64,000 bases of DNA from Trichosphaerium sp. ATCC 40318 (GCA_038496445.1 JALMLS010000452.1:1-64000); one strand, 5' to 3'. Counted from the first letter of the stretch, positions 39,851 through 53,510 are shown. The notes: generated from the sequence alone by a model not told the origin. Translations and numbers: made by a program.

Positions 39851-42800
39851 ATGTATCGTTATTGTTTTGTTCTAATTTGTTTACAAGGTTAAACTAGTCT
39901 ATGTTCTCTTTCTAATAGGTTCGTCCAAAACTAGTCGAATTGCGCTGATAGTGATATATAGGACTATTAAAATTAGTATCAACACAAACTACATACACGT
40001 GGCTAGGTACCTCCTTAAGTTCCTAAGGGTTTTTTTTGTTTTTTTTTTTTGCTGGTGGGAAATTTCTGGATTCTATCTTTCATGTAGCTCGCATATTTTA
40101 ATCCTCCGATATTTTTAAACGCACGTATGGTGTATAAATAGAGAGCTGAAAGACGTGTCTTATAGTTTGAGTGTTTTTGGTAAAGACTAATGCCAGAAAA
40201 ACTTTTCACGTTATCACATGATTGTTTTTTTTTAGAATTGCCGCTTTGTCAAGCCCCAACGAACTTACTATTACGCGGAATTTTCCTTATTTATTTATAG
40301 GGACTGACAGTAATAATGCAGCAGTGCCAAGCAATTGGATGTGTACAGGACCGTATGTGCACCTGTTGACTTTTGGTTAAACCAAAACTTTCCGTTAAAC
40401 TGTTTTTAATTTTATTTTTTAGCGAATGCGTGAACTCCGGTGTTCCTACAGGTGGAGCCTCAGAAATAGTTTCTTTTCAGAGTTGTACAGATCAAGTTAA
40501 TCTGATACTTGTAAGTGGACCGGCTGATGTATTCTGGGGAGTGCTAGATGCATGTACGTCTGTTAAATCACGTGAAACGTGAACTTTAGATTATTGACAA
40601 GAAACTTCAAAAAAACTAAAATACTTTTAGCTGTTGACTCTTGCGCCAATATTACTTTCTTTGAAGCAATCGTATCTATTAGAGGTGCCACGCCTGGGAC
40701 AATAGAACGTGTTACATTCTTAACCACTGGCGATTTAAGAGAAAATCAGCTCACATGGGTAGATAACCAGCCTTTTAACCCAAGAGCTCTGATAGTGGAT
40801 GGTGCAAGAGCAGTACGTTCGAAAAAAAAATAACACGTGCACATTTCTTTTTCTGATGTTAACGGTTTTTTTCCTACCTTAGGATTTTATTGTTGTCGCT
40901 CCAGAAACTGATATTCCATTTGTTCAGATGGGTTTCTTGTACGAAGCGTTTCATTTGACATAGTTCCTTTTTTTTATTATTTGAGTTCGTCTCAGAGTAT
41001 TTCCTCACAACTTTTACTAGTACCACAACGGTTCGGTTAGAAAACTTTCCGGCAGCTCCTACTCCAGGATATAGAATCAGAGAACTTGTATCAGATAGCA
41101 GTCCTGGGTTAATATCTAGATCAGCTGTCATGGTTGATGCGACTGTACAAACGAGTTTAACTGTTGATAATATAATTAAAACAAATGTTGAAGAATTATC
41201 TCTTGAGACTTTCATCCAACCACTCACGTAAGTTTCAGCCATGTTATTGGTAAGTCATTTTACTTACATTCTGGAAACTTACTAGGATGAACATTGGAAA
41301 TATTGAATGTGTTGAAGGTGAGTATTTCGTTGCGTTAACTGAAACTGAACAGCTTTGTTAGGACAAGTAATTATATCACCAACAGCATCCCCAAACTTCC
41401 TTACAGGAGTTGTTAATATATCTCCGGACTGTATTGTAGCTCTATCTGAAGATTCGTCCAATCCAGGTGATTGGGAAGTAAGCGGTAGCATCACAGGACC
41501 AGGTAATCTTTTAGCAACTTTTTTTTTTTGCTCGTATTTCTCACGTGTTTTTTTCTTTCAAAAAAGGCACTCTCGAAGTCTTTGACAATATGGCATTCAA
41601 TGGGCAGTTAACGAATGTTCCTATAATCGCTGAAAGAAGGGATGGTATCGAATTATCTTTTAATGACATGTGCAATGGTGTTTCATTGAGGGGTGACGAT
41701 TTAAGAGCAGTTGACATTACTTTGAGGTTTGAATACACTAATACGTTGTTTACTTTAGATATTAATGTTTATCCCTTCCTAGTGGAAGTTGTGAGTTCAC
41801 GTTCTTGGATACCTTAGGCGATACAGTTACAATTACTAGCGGAGGAAACTTCCGAGTTGACGAACTACGAAGAGGAACTGTTGTTGTGAGTAACAATGCT
41901 GCCCTTACAGTCAAGGTACATATCTTGTATGGCTGTGAACCCCTCACTTACATTATCTTTAATATAGAGCGCACAATCTACACCTACTGTTACACTTTCT
42001 GCGAATGCAAATCTCAACTTAGATGTAACACGTGAGTTATTTATATTTTTTATTTTGAGTTTTGTTGACAAAATGCATTGTTTCTTTGTCGTCTTACTTT
42101 GTTTAGCTACCGAATTATCCATCCCTACAGACTTGATAGTAACACCATCAAATGGAGCAACCATATCGTTCCTATCAGGAACTGTGAACGTGTTGTAAGT
42201 TTTTCTTGCTCTTCAGAAAAAAGGATTTGTTGACTTTGTGTTTAGAGGAGCTGATCCTTGGAATGGTGCATCTGTAATGTTAGATATTCAAGGCGGCTCA
42301 GGGTGCTTTCAAGAAGCTCCAACCCTTCCAATGTTAACATTAACAAATGGAGAAATTTCGAAAGACTTTACAGTAGGAGAAATAAAATTTATCGGAGGAA
42401 CCGTTCTAAATTCTCAAGTACGCTCACGTTTTTACCTAAAGCTAAGTGACAATTCCAGATAACTGTAACGTCAAGCGCAGACTTTGAAGTTGAAGCTCTA
42501 TTTAACAATGTATCCGTTACGATCACTCAACCAGTACGTTAACTAATAGTAGTAAAAAAAACCCCTACAAGTTAAAAAAATCTTGTTTGATCTTTGTGTT
42601 TACGATCACGTTTTAAACTGGTTTATCAAGGCTACAGCAACTTTTAAATCTGGATCTATAATAAACACGCACAGTGACCTTTCAAGAATTGTTATTGAAG
42701 GCACTGCGACGGTAGAAGGTGATGCTCAAGTAAATGGAAACGCCATTGTTGAAAATACGGCTACCGGAAATCTCATCCTCGCATCTACTGCAAACCTTGC

Positions 42801-45800
42801 AGTACCAAACTACACTCAAACAGGCACTCTTACCGTTAATATTGATGGTACCAACTCAGGAAGCATAACATGCAGTACGTACACAAACACAATAACTTTT
42901 TTTTGTGAGCGAGTTCTAGAAACACGTGATTTTTTTTGCTCTTTTGGACCTGTTTATGAATACTTTTATAACGTTTTATTTTAGGCGATACCACAATGTT
43001 AGGTGGTAACCTAAACCTTATAGCAACAAACGCGCCTGAAACAGAAACAACGTATACTATCGTTGATTGCTCTACTGGAAGCATTTCGACACAATTTGCT
43101 ATGATTGACTTTGATAACAGCGTTTTTGGTGGTGTGGAGCAAAACGTCGTAAATAACCAGCTTATCATCACTGTAAGACCACTTGGTCAAGCAGTATGCC
43201 AACCGGGTGATGTACGTTGTAGGAGGCGTTGTATTAGGAGGATTTAAAACAATAACAAAAATAATGTTAAAAAAAGCTCTCACAACTTTATTCACTATCT
43301 GTTAGCGCTTTGATTTCAATACACCAGGAAAATATCGACTATACAATTCTCTTGTTGGAGCAGTAGCACCACCGGTACTAAAAATATTATTAAACTAACC
43401 GACTTTTATTTCATTGAACAAACTTTGATTATAATCACGTGAATATTTTGTAACGTGATATTTTTATCTTATTACTATTTTGCGGTTAACCCTTATTTTT
43501 GAATAGTTCTATGGCTTACGTCTAGATGGATTGCTTGATAAGAAGCATAAAGAGGTTGCTACATTCAACTTCATTGCAAAGGGTTCCTTTGTTACATTAG
43601 AATTCAATGGGACTCATCCACTAAGGATTTCTGTGCGTACCTCTTTGTTTGTTATTTTTTGAGTGTTGATCATGTGATAGACGTGATATTTTGAAGTTTT
43701 TGTTTAATTTAACGTCAACTTTGTGATTTTAGGCGCTAGTTTGCTTACCTTATTGATTCTAGGGTAATGTATGGGGTGGTGAAGTAAAGAAGAACGAGTT
43801 CAAGAAGCCTCGCCGCTTTTACGTTGATTTTACGTACAGGAGCATAAAATTAGAACCAGGGAAGGTTATTAACCCTGTTGATATGATATCAAGTGGAAGA
43901 ATTACCGACATTGAGAAGAAAGAGGTAAACTGATTTTTATTGACTTAACTTTGTTTCTCACTTAAGTTCTTCAACCTTTTTTTCGTGCTGATGGTTTTTA
44001 TTTAGTCTTATGCACTTGTTGTGTCACCCAAATCTCCACCTCAAAAGGCTTTCATTATTGAAAAAGGTGCGACCCTTTTAAAAACGTGCACAGTTGATTT
44101 TTTTAACTCATTTACAGGTATAAAATTTATAACTGGTACTGGCTGGGTAGATCATAGCGGAAAGCCCCATGTTTACGCCTCTGATTGGTTATTCACGCTT
44201 GGAAGATGTACTGAAAAGGAACTCAAACCAACGTGCATTGGTGGCCACTATGATCCTAAAACACGAACGTGTACTTGGTACGTTTTTGTCATCATGTGAC
44301 ATTTTCTTTTTATTTGATTTATTAATTATTCTTTAAAGTTCGAATAAAAAGTGTCAATGTATTGGTACAGGAGATTGCTTCTGCAAACATTCTTCCTCTT
44401 GCTTTTGTGCTCCAGCAGTTAATAGCTCTTGTTTCTGTGAGGGAACTAAGGAATGCAAGGCTTTTGTGCTTGTACGTTGTTAAAACGATAATGAGTTACT
44501 TTCAACTTACTTATTTTCCAGGGCGATGGTTTTGTTAAAGGTGGTGAAGCTAAAAAGATAGAGGCCGTTGTAGAGGCAGGGTTTGTTAATTGTGAAGACA
44601 GCGATAAATGCTCTTGCTCATCTTTAAATCCAATATCAGCGTTTTGTGAACAGGCACGTGCTTTTTAGCTTGTAAATACTAATATTACCTCAAAGGGTTC
44701 TGTCGAAACCAAAAAATGGGATTGTGATATGCCAAATGAATCTCAATGTCGTAAAGCGAAACCATTAGTCACACATAGGTTCAAGTGCTTTAAAGAGAAG
44801 TCAAAGAATAAATACGAAGCAATATTTGTGTACACGAATACAGGCAAAAAAGATGAAAAAATAAAAATCGGTAAAGACAACAAGTTTGAACCAAAACCAG
44901 AGGTACGTAGGATAGGAACCCCATTATACTGTACTTTTTAAAACTAACGACAATTTAAAGGATCGCCACCAACCAACAAAGTTCAAGCCAGGAACACATG
45001 AAGTTAAGGTACTGTGAAGTCAAAAAAAAAAGTGTTTTCTTCATCTCGGTTAAAAGCTCAAACTGCAACTGACACATTGCGTTAAGATTGAATTAAAAAA
45101 TAAAAAAACAGTGGTATGGATATTAAACGGAGATGCTGCGACTGTTTCTTTTGACCCAAAAGATAAGTGTCCAGGTAAGGGGACAAATTTCGTTTATTGT
45201 TCAAACTATCTGACTCTCACAGGCAAACCTGTTCCTCCACGTGTAAGGCCTGTATTATTTTGTGTTCGCAAAAGAATATTCTTTTCTGGATATGTGGCAT
45301 ATTTGGGTTACGAGAGCACATACCCTACTAACACGTATATCCCAATCGGGAAGAAAAACAGATTCTCGGGTAAAAAACCAGACATGGGACAGCCAACTTT
45401 GTTCAAGCCTGGAAAGTCAAAACCTTACCCTTGGGAGGCACGTATCTTTATTTAACTACAGTTCATTAACTCTCTGCAATAGGTTCTACGTATAGGTACA
45501 CTATTGAATCCTTGGGATGGTAAGAAAATGACGTGGGAGCTCGATGGATATGAATTAAAGTTCGATAAAAAGTCTCCACAATGCAAACTTTGTACGTTCG
45601 TTTTTTTGCAAGATTGCGAGCCCTTCGTCTTATGTATGTTTTAATTCTAGTTACGAATGTCAAACTTGTTATAAGGGTATCTGGTGATATGAATACCAAA
45701 CTCAAAGGAGAACTTCTACAAAGTCTAAGTGACAAGATGGTATGTGAAGCGATTTCCTATTTTTTCCTTATTCGTTTTAGCATATTGATCAAAGTCGTCT

Positions 45801-46417
45801 TTCTTTGGCGGATACCCCTAAGAGAAGCATCAGTGATCCAAAATCTGAAGGGGATGATTTAATGGAAGTTATACTCACAGTTGAGGATCTTAAAGAAGGA
45901 GAGCTAGGTATATCTAAAGAAGAAGCTCTTGAAGTTCTCGAAGATTTTATTCAGGTATCTTTTTATTGCAAGAAAGGAGTGAACAGCTCTAACCCCTTTT
46001 ATAGAATGAGCACGATAGCAGCACAGATTCTTATATGTTAGGAAATGAAGATATTTCTGTTGTAGATGGTGAAGTATTACTTTCAGGAATAGAGCAAAGA
46101 GGAAACATACCAACTTCTCGTAAGCTCAGTGCATAATTTCTTATTTCACCAAGAGTTCTTGCTTATTTTTCTCTTCAGACGTACTCGCATATGTCATGGT
46201 ACCTATGGCATTCATTGGTTTAATGGTGATAGTGGGACTCTCTATACTTATCTATAGGTACTTTAATTCTGACAAAAACACTCATTACTTCAAGTTAATT
46301 TTGAATTAACGCTTTTTGTTAAAATTCAGAAAAAGAAAAGAAGAAATCAAAAATGCAGACCTCAAAAAACGGCTTATTACAAAACCCCAGTCTGGATACT
46401 CATTAAACGAAATGTAA
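39851..46417 (+). CDS. Large single-pass type I cell-surface protein (beta-rich N-terminus, Cys-rich region, repeated N.F.P..QPT.F.PG modules)
   Basis: Signal peptide MYRYCFVLICLQGLLKLVSTQ; TYTWLGTDSNNAAVPSNW; autotransporter-like YTQTGTLTVNIDGT..LGGNLNL; Cys-rich 44190-44730; two modules (IKIGKDNKFEP..QPTKFKPG and IPIGKKNRFSG..QPTLFKPG); TM helix ~46185-46255 and a basic tail. Confidence 0.75.
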
Positions 46418-46529
46418 AAAGCCATTACTCTTGTTTTTATAAATGAAAGTTGTTGAAATCTATACGTTGACAGAAAATCGTCACAAATACGGTCTTTGTT
46501 ATTTTACATTGCTTACCAACTATATGGTC

Positions 46530-46770
46530 TTTAAGGCGTCTTCCCAAGCTATCTATCAATTTGTAATGAACTTGGTAGCCTTTTATTGGTTGTCCCTTAA
46601 CTTGTCGGTGGGGTGCCTTTCATAAATAGTAGCTAGTTCAAAGTAATGCCCTTCCGTTAGGAATATACTTAATATTCCCACTTGCGTTGCGTTATGGTTG
46701 ACCCACGATTCTATCGCTTATGGTGAGGATGGTCCACCTCATCAAGCTATCGAGAAAGCTATGCTCCCAG
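46530..46770 (+). pseudogene. Transketolase gene fragment
   Basis: THDSIAYGEDGPPHQAIE matches the transketolase signature THDSIGxGEDGPTHQPIE. The flanks are not coding-intact. Confidence 0.6.
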
Positions 46771-47199
46771 TTGGCATATTCATGAATATTCATTGGTGTA
46801 TGGTGATGCAGAATTCTGTAAAGGAAGGACATGTCGCTTCACGTGATTTCAACCAACAAACTTACTTGCTGTTTTTTTCGCCACTAGCCAACAGAACACC
46901 AAAACGTACCGAAATCACTTTACTTATGTGTGATACTACGCACCATGGCCATTATCAAATCCAACTGTTTTCTAGCACAAAACGGTTTGTTTTCAAAAAA
47001 GCGATATTTGTCACGTGCTCGTAAAACGCCATGGAAACGTATAGCAGCACTTTGTGGGAGTTAGTATACTCGCAAACTTCACGACAGTTTACTGTCAGGT
47101 AAAATAGGTATGAATTTTTTTACTCATAAATACTAGCTATGAATAATGAATTTTTTACTCATACTAGTGAATAGTGCTGTATTTGAATAATATTATTCA

Positions 47200-48070
47200 C
47201 CATTCATAACGGAACTGCCAATTTAAAGAACCCTGTGCTATTATTTTCAAAATTGCATAAAGTTGAGTAAAGGCCTACTGCAGATTTTGTTTACCCATTA
47301 GTGTAAACTCTTGCTCAAAGGCTATTGATGGTGTGTATTCAAATATTCAAATTCAAATATTCAGAGTTTGAGAACATTAGGCCACCAGCTGGCTACACTT
47401 GAGTTGTTGGGACCACTTACATAGTAACCAAACCTATGGTATTGCCAGGAGTGACAAGACTTAAGATGAGTGTTTTTTCATTCTTTCCTAAATATCATAT
47501 GAACAATCATGCTTTATACTTCTCTAAGTGTAAGAAGTAGGTATGAGAGCACATAGTACTTTTGTAACGTACTGTGAAGTATCCCTTACCAAAGTAACCA
47601 CCATCCAACAAACTTTGAAATTCCAAAACCAGCCTTACAATACTGTAAGCTGATTTCATGGACAATACATCACTGGTGACTGGACAAGAGTGTTAATGTA
47701 ACATGGATTTGAACAAGAGTTACAAGGAGCAAATAATAAGGTTGATAAAACTAGAGAAGAGCTATGCAAACATGATCAAATTTCAAAGGAACATATTGTA
47801 ACTGCATAAAATACTGCAGCGATGGACCTGTAACGGTCACCATAACGACTAAAAGGTTGAGATATCGGCATGTAAATACTATTATTACCGTCGGTATCTT
47901 TGAATGGTCAGTGTGCTCAAATAAATCCATAACATCCTGCCAGTGACACAACAAATTTTCACAGCGAAAATACAGAAAAAAATAAGAAAGGTACCATTTA
48001 TGGCAAACACATTCAAGTTCAGTTCTGATTTTTTCCACAACAGATCTACATGTCAATACACGCGTTTTGT
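47200..48070 (-). pseudogene. Relic paralogue of the PARP-like ART domain
   Basis: Frameshifted minus-strand peptides SAYSIV/AGFGI..LLDGGYFGKG/YFT (~47572-47660) and LILSLVTPGNT (~47438-47472), homologous to AAWSIVKAGFGVISSLDSGYYGQGIYFT and LVLSLVTPGNVYP of the neighbouring genes. Confidence 0.7.
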
Positions 48071-48872
48071 ATTTTCAAAGAGAAAAAGATTTGTAAACAT
48101 TCCTCGTTTTTGGCTCAAAAAAACCAGAAAGAAGTCATAATATCTGGCTTACAACGCCGATTTTTTGGCTAATTGTTTGCACACTAATGTGACATGTACG
48201 TGTGCATATAAAACGCAAATAAAAATAATTTCTCCGCTCTCGATTTTCAAAAACGCACTCGCACGTGCGTTTTTTTTTACGTCTTAAACGACTTTGTAAA
48301 CAAAATTCCAAGGTACTTTCCAAATGACCTTGCAGCGTTATACCATCAGCGAGTACATCTCTTAACGATTTGTAAAAAAATTACTTGTTTGTTGTTCGTA
48401 TCTAAAGCACGTTTTAGCTTAGTAAAATTTCAAAAGAAAGAAAACACTGCCTACAAACGCGGTTTTCATTCAATTACATGATAACGAACCGGTTTTTGGT
48501 TTTGAGTATTGTATTACGGCATATAACGATTACACCATGGTGCTTTTAAGTATCTTGGTATCAAACATAGATAAAGAGGTGTCTACGATGTGAGCTGTGT
48601 TGAACATATTTCAAAAAAAAACAACCAAAGTAACCTCATAGGTCTTTTTCCGCGTAGGTTAAACTCTGTACTCACGTTAGGCCGATTTTTGAAGCCATTT
48701 ATTCTGCTTCAAACGAAACCTTAGCAATGTTGTGCGGCAATATGTATCTGCGCCGGAGGAGCTATGTTGAACGCAAATAATGTACACCGAGCCGTAACAC
48801 AAATAATTCGATGAACCATCGGCAAAACTTAAATCCATTTTACCGTACAATCAACACTGGTGACAACGCTTC

Positions 48873-51800
48873 ATGGGCGGCCAACATAGCATCAAAGAAT
48901 CATCAGAATTAAAAGGTAATAGAAGCGAATCTTTGATCTGCCTCTACGTTTATTAAAAGTTCTTCAATAGCCGAATTGGTAGAGCTTCAATTAGTTTTCA
49001 GTAACATTACAACAGGTACGTAGCCTATTCGAGTTAATATTTGTTTAATGTTTTACTAGCTGATGAACTAAGGAACAGTATCCGTAATCAAGCGATAGCC
49101 AATGATATTCTGCTCTATTCAGGTTCGGTGCCTAAATCTTGCTTGTAACCAATAAATATAGTGCTTCGTGGCCTAGCTAGTACTGCGATGATGTGCATAT
49201 ACCAGGGGGTAAACATTGAAGCTTCCTCGTACGACGGACGCACAGTTTTACACGTTGCAGGTACCTCGGATTTGCGCATCACCAAAACGCACTTACTTGA
49301 ACTATAAAGCCACAACGGGACACTTCAATATAGCTCAAATATTAATCAACTCAGGCGCAAGCATTGAAGCCAGAGATAAAGACGGATGCACACCTTTACA
49401 TCTTGCGGGTATGTTATTAAATAATGACTCCAATTTACGGTTCTTAGCGAATGAAGGACATATTGAAGTAGTTCAAATATTGCTCAAGTCAACAGCGGAT
49501 TTTGAAGCGACGGATAACCAGGGACGCACACCTCTTGTTTGCGCAGGTAATTGTAATCTTGTAACTACTACAACTAATTCGCACTTCGTATCTTAGCCAA
49601 TAAAGGACACAAAAAAGTTGCTGAGATGTTACGCCAGGCGATGATAAGTACTGAAAAAGTAGGAAAGGATGGACGTACTACTTTACACAATGCAGGTAAC
49701 TAAGTGATACAGGTGTTAAGTGGATTAACTTGATTCCAAGCCCGTAGCGGACAAATTACAATTGTGGAAATGCTACTCGACTCAGGTGTAGATGTAGATG
49801 CTACAGAAAAGAATGGATCCACACCCCTACATGATGCAGGTAAATAAGTTTACTAATAATAATTATAAAACGTGCGCTCACATACTATACCAGCGTTTTA
49901 TGGACACGACAAGATTGTACAATTGTTACTAAAAGCAAACGCAAACATACAAGCATCGAATATCTACGGACACAAACCGATTCATTGCGCAGGTATTGTC
50001 ATCTTTCAAGTTTTGAGTTTAAGTCTTAAATTAGCTCAAAATGGGCACAGTGAAGTTGTTGAAACATTAATCAAATCAAGTGCGAGCATTCACGCTACAG
50101 ATAAAGATGAAAACACAGCTTTACATACAGCAGGTATCCTAAACTTCTACATAGTGTACTAGTGACTTTAATTCACAAAACTCGGTAGGCATCGAGGGAC
50201 ACAGTGAAGTTGTCGATATCTTAATTAAAAATAAAACCAACGTTGAAGCTGTAAACATCCGATTGCAAACGGCTTTGCACTGTGCAGGTACCTAAATTAC
50301 TAACCACGTAATGTTACTACTTTGTTTAGTGTATAACGGGCACACTGAAGTAGTTGAAGTGTTGACTAAGAACAGCGCCAACATTGAAGCTAAAGATAAA
50401 GATGATTGTACTGCTTTACTAGTTGCAGGTAATATTGTGAGCGTGTACAATAATTTAACTCCTATTAGCCAGTATGGGCCGTGACATAGCTGCTAGTATT
50501 TTAATTAATGCTGGAGCTAACATTGGAGCCACAGATAAAAATGGATTGACAGCATTACATCTTGCAGGTAGTTTTGCCTTTTTGAATATAAGCTGATTTT
50601 AGCCTAGCATTATCCGGACACAACCCAGTTTTGCTGACTTTATTGAAACAAATTAAAGTCATTTCAATAAGCACAACCAAGTGGCAAACAGTTTTCAAAC
50701 AGATACTTAAACATGTGGTTGACAATGATACTGCATTCATCAGTGTGTTTGAAACTCTTTTGACACAGTTTCCAAACGATCATCAAAGCCGCAAACTATG
50801 GCTATCTTGTGCACACATGAAAGAGATGCACTGGCGACTCAATCTTGCAAAATGGCTGCAGTACTTGGTAAATTCTTAACTCAAACATTCATACTAATAT
50901 AATACAAAGCCGACCCATTCTAGTTTTAAAGTTGCAATGCAAAAAGGCATTTGCCATTTGATTTGTACATACAATCCCATGTTTGTACAGTCTTCGGTAC
51001 AAACATAAAATACAAGCATACGTGTACATTAATTTGTTGTTTTTATATCAGAGCTTTTGGTTACAGCAAGGAGAGCTGATGGAAGGAATTCTATCCGACT
51101 TACCAGATGACATGTGGAGTAGTACTACACAAACTGGGTCTGTTGTTAAAATGTGTGTAAAAGAAGGATGGTGTACAAATTCTCTTCAAAAAGTACCCAA
51201 GCAAGATCGTATGTGGTTAGTGGTATAAGCAAACGTATATTAACTCTTTAAAGTTTTTGAATGCCGTGATTGTGTTAAAAACACACGTGGATTATTTTTG
51301 TGCGGTTATTGTGTTACTCAACATAAACACAAACAGGTAATTTCCCACGTACTACTACTTGTTTATGTGTGTAGAACCTGAAAAAGTACATCAGCGATCC
51401 AGTTGTTCGTTGTGAATGCAAGGATTGCAAACATGTCATTAATCCTTTCTCTCCCTATCAAAGAGTTGTAAACCCTACAGCAGGTAAAAAAACACTGTTA
51501 GTTCAATAACACTAAAGCTTGAAGGATTAAAAAGTGAGACGTCATGGGACTTAAATCCAAGATTACATTATGCCCACACCTGGGATAGATCCAACAGCAA
51601 GTGAGTAGTTACACTTGTATTTATTGACTCATGTTTAACTGTTTTTGTCAAACAAAAAAGGGGTACAATTGAAAAAGCAACGCACTATAGAACACTGAAT
51701 CTTCTTGATTCAAATAAAAATGATATTGTAGCCAAGAGAGAACTACAGTTTCTTCACCGACATATGTCAAAAATGCACGGCTATGATGAATATGATGTTG

Positions 51801-52993
51801 TAGAAGCTCATCTTGTTTGCAATGATATATTGACTCAAAACTTTGGCACATACAATACCATGCTGAAGCAAAGACACCAGTATGTTTGTAATTATTACTA
51901 CCAGCGAATTCATAACATAGTTGTTTTAATTAGAGACCTACCAGACACATGGAACAAAAAAGATCACAAGCATAATAATCACAAAAATAGAGTTGCCAAA
52001 CATGCTGTAAATCTCATACAGAACTCCAGTTGTATCCATGACGTTTCTGATCAGGTACATTTTATACCTGTGCATTGTTGACCCAATAATCAGCTACCAG
52101 CTGTATTAATGGTTCATGGAACAACTCGTGAAGCCGCTTGGAGTATTGTAAAAGCTGGATTTGGAGTGATAAGTTCATTGGATTCTGGATACTATGGACA
52201 AGGAATCTACTTTACAGTACGTGCTTTTAAAAAAGTCACCATTGACAATCTTACTTGTTTTTTTTTGAAATAGCACAGCATTAAGTATGCCTGTGCATAC
52301 GACACATCTGGTGAAGATAAGAAGACACTCGTGCTTAGTTTGGTAACGCCTGGGAATGTATATCCTGTACACAACTGAAACCAATCACACTATTGATTTG
52401 TTTATTTACAAAGCATTGATAGGTTACAGAAAACCCTCAAGATAAAGCCAATCTTGTTGGTAAGCCAATTAAAGCTGGATATCAAAGTCATTATGTATTG
52501 GTAAACAGGAAAGGACAGGTGTTAAGCCAAGATAAAATAAATAAGGCAGTATACGATGAACTGGTTGTAGCTCAAGGTAGTGATTACAATTGATGTACTT
52601 GTTGACTAAGTTGTGATTTTAGATGTACAGACTGTTGCTCGTTACATCATCACAGTTGTGCGAAAACCAAAACAACAAACAAAAAGAGCAAAGAAATCAC
52701 CTGCAACATCAGAGGGTACTGGTGAATCTGGTTCTGATGACTTGTCTGATTCTGATGATTGTGACAACTTTACCTATAAGCGGTACAAAATAAGTGTGCA
52801 TCAATCACTTTCCTTACTTACTTTTGTGCAAAGACAATTATGGGCCTCTAGCTATTTGAATGAGCCTCAAATACAACAACCAACCACACATGACAAGCTA
52901 CTACAAGCGTTGGAAGAAAACAAAAGATTAAAACAAGTTCACATGAGACTTATGGAAATAACACAAACTAATACAAAAAAAGTAGTTAAATAA
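48873..52993 (+). CDS. MGxxxS-ankyrin(10 exons)-UBR-like zinc finger-PARP-type ADP-ribosyltransferase, copy A
   Basis: Starts MGGQHS. Ten ~99-nt phase-1 ankyrin exons (49162-50567) with diverged sequences. Zn finger WCTN..CRDC..LCGYCVTQHKH..CECKDC. ART motifs VHGT, GYYGQGIYFT, YACAY, GYQSHY, YDELVV..Q. C-terminal coiled coil. The spliced frame is open throughout. Confidence 0.88.
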
Positions 52994-53197
52994 TAAAACA
53001 GGTTCACTGGTACAGTTACAACAAAACTACAAGTAATAAACTCCAACAGGGTGCCTACGCCATGACTAATAATACAGTCAATCAAAGAATTTGTAAACAA
53101 ATATAATCCTTGAATTTGGGAAACTTTACCTGAGTTACTTAGTGTTTACTTTTGAATAAAAGTTATTACCAACAGCAAATAAATAGTTGTTATAAGT

Positions 53198-53285
53198 ATT
53201 ATCTGCAAACGGACTTATGGGTAACAACTTTATTGATGTGTTATTATTCGATAAGATTTGACCCATAAGTCCTTTGCCAGATAAT
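53198..53285. repeat. 25-bp imperfect inverted repeat with 38-nt spacer at the axis of the inverted gene pair
   Basis: ATTATCTGCAAACGGACTTATGGGT (53198-53222) and ACCCATAAGTCCTTTGCCAGATAAT (53261-53285). Confidence 0.85.
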
Positions 53286-53510
53286 CTAAAATTACCAAGA
53301 TGTTGGTTGGCAAATAATACTTTTATTTATTTTGTTTTTATTTAATTACCAAGATGTTGGCAAAACAAGGATTTTGGTAAAAAAACCACAGAAAGAATGT
53401 ATTTCTAAACATGATGCACCCAAAAAGGATAAAGTGTTTATGTTTTAGTTTGTTGTAACAGTATTTGTGGTGCACAAGTGTATGTTTATAATCTAGTTAC
53501 TTTTTGTTTA

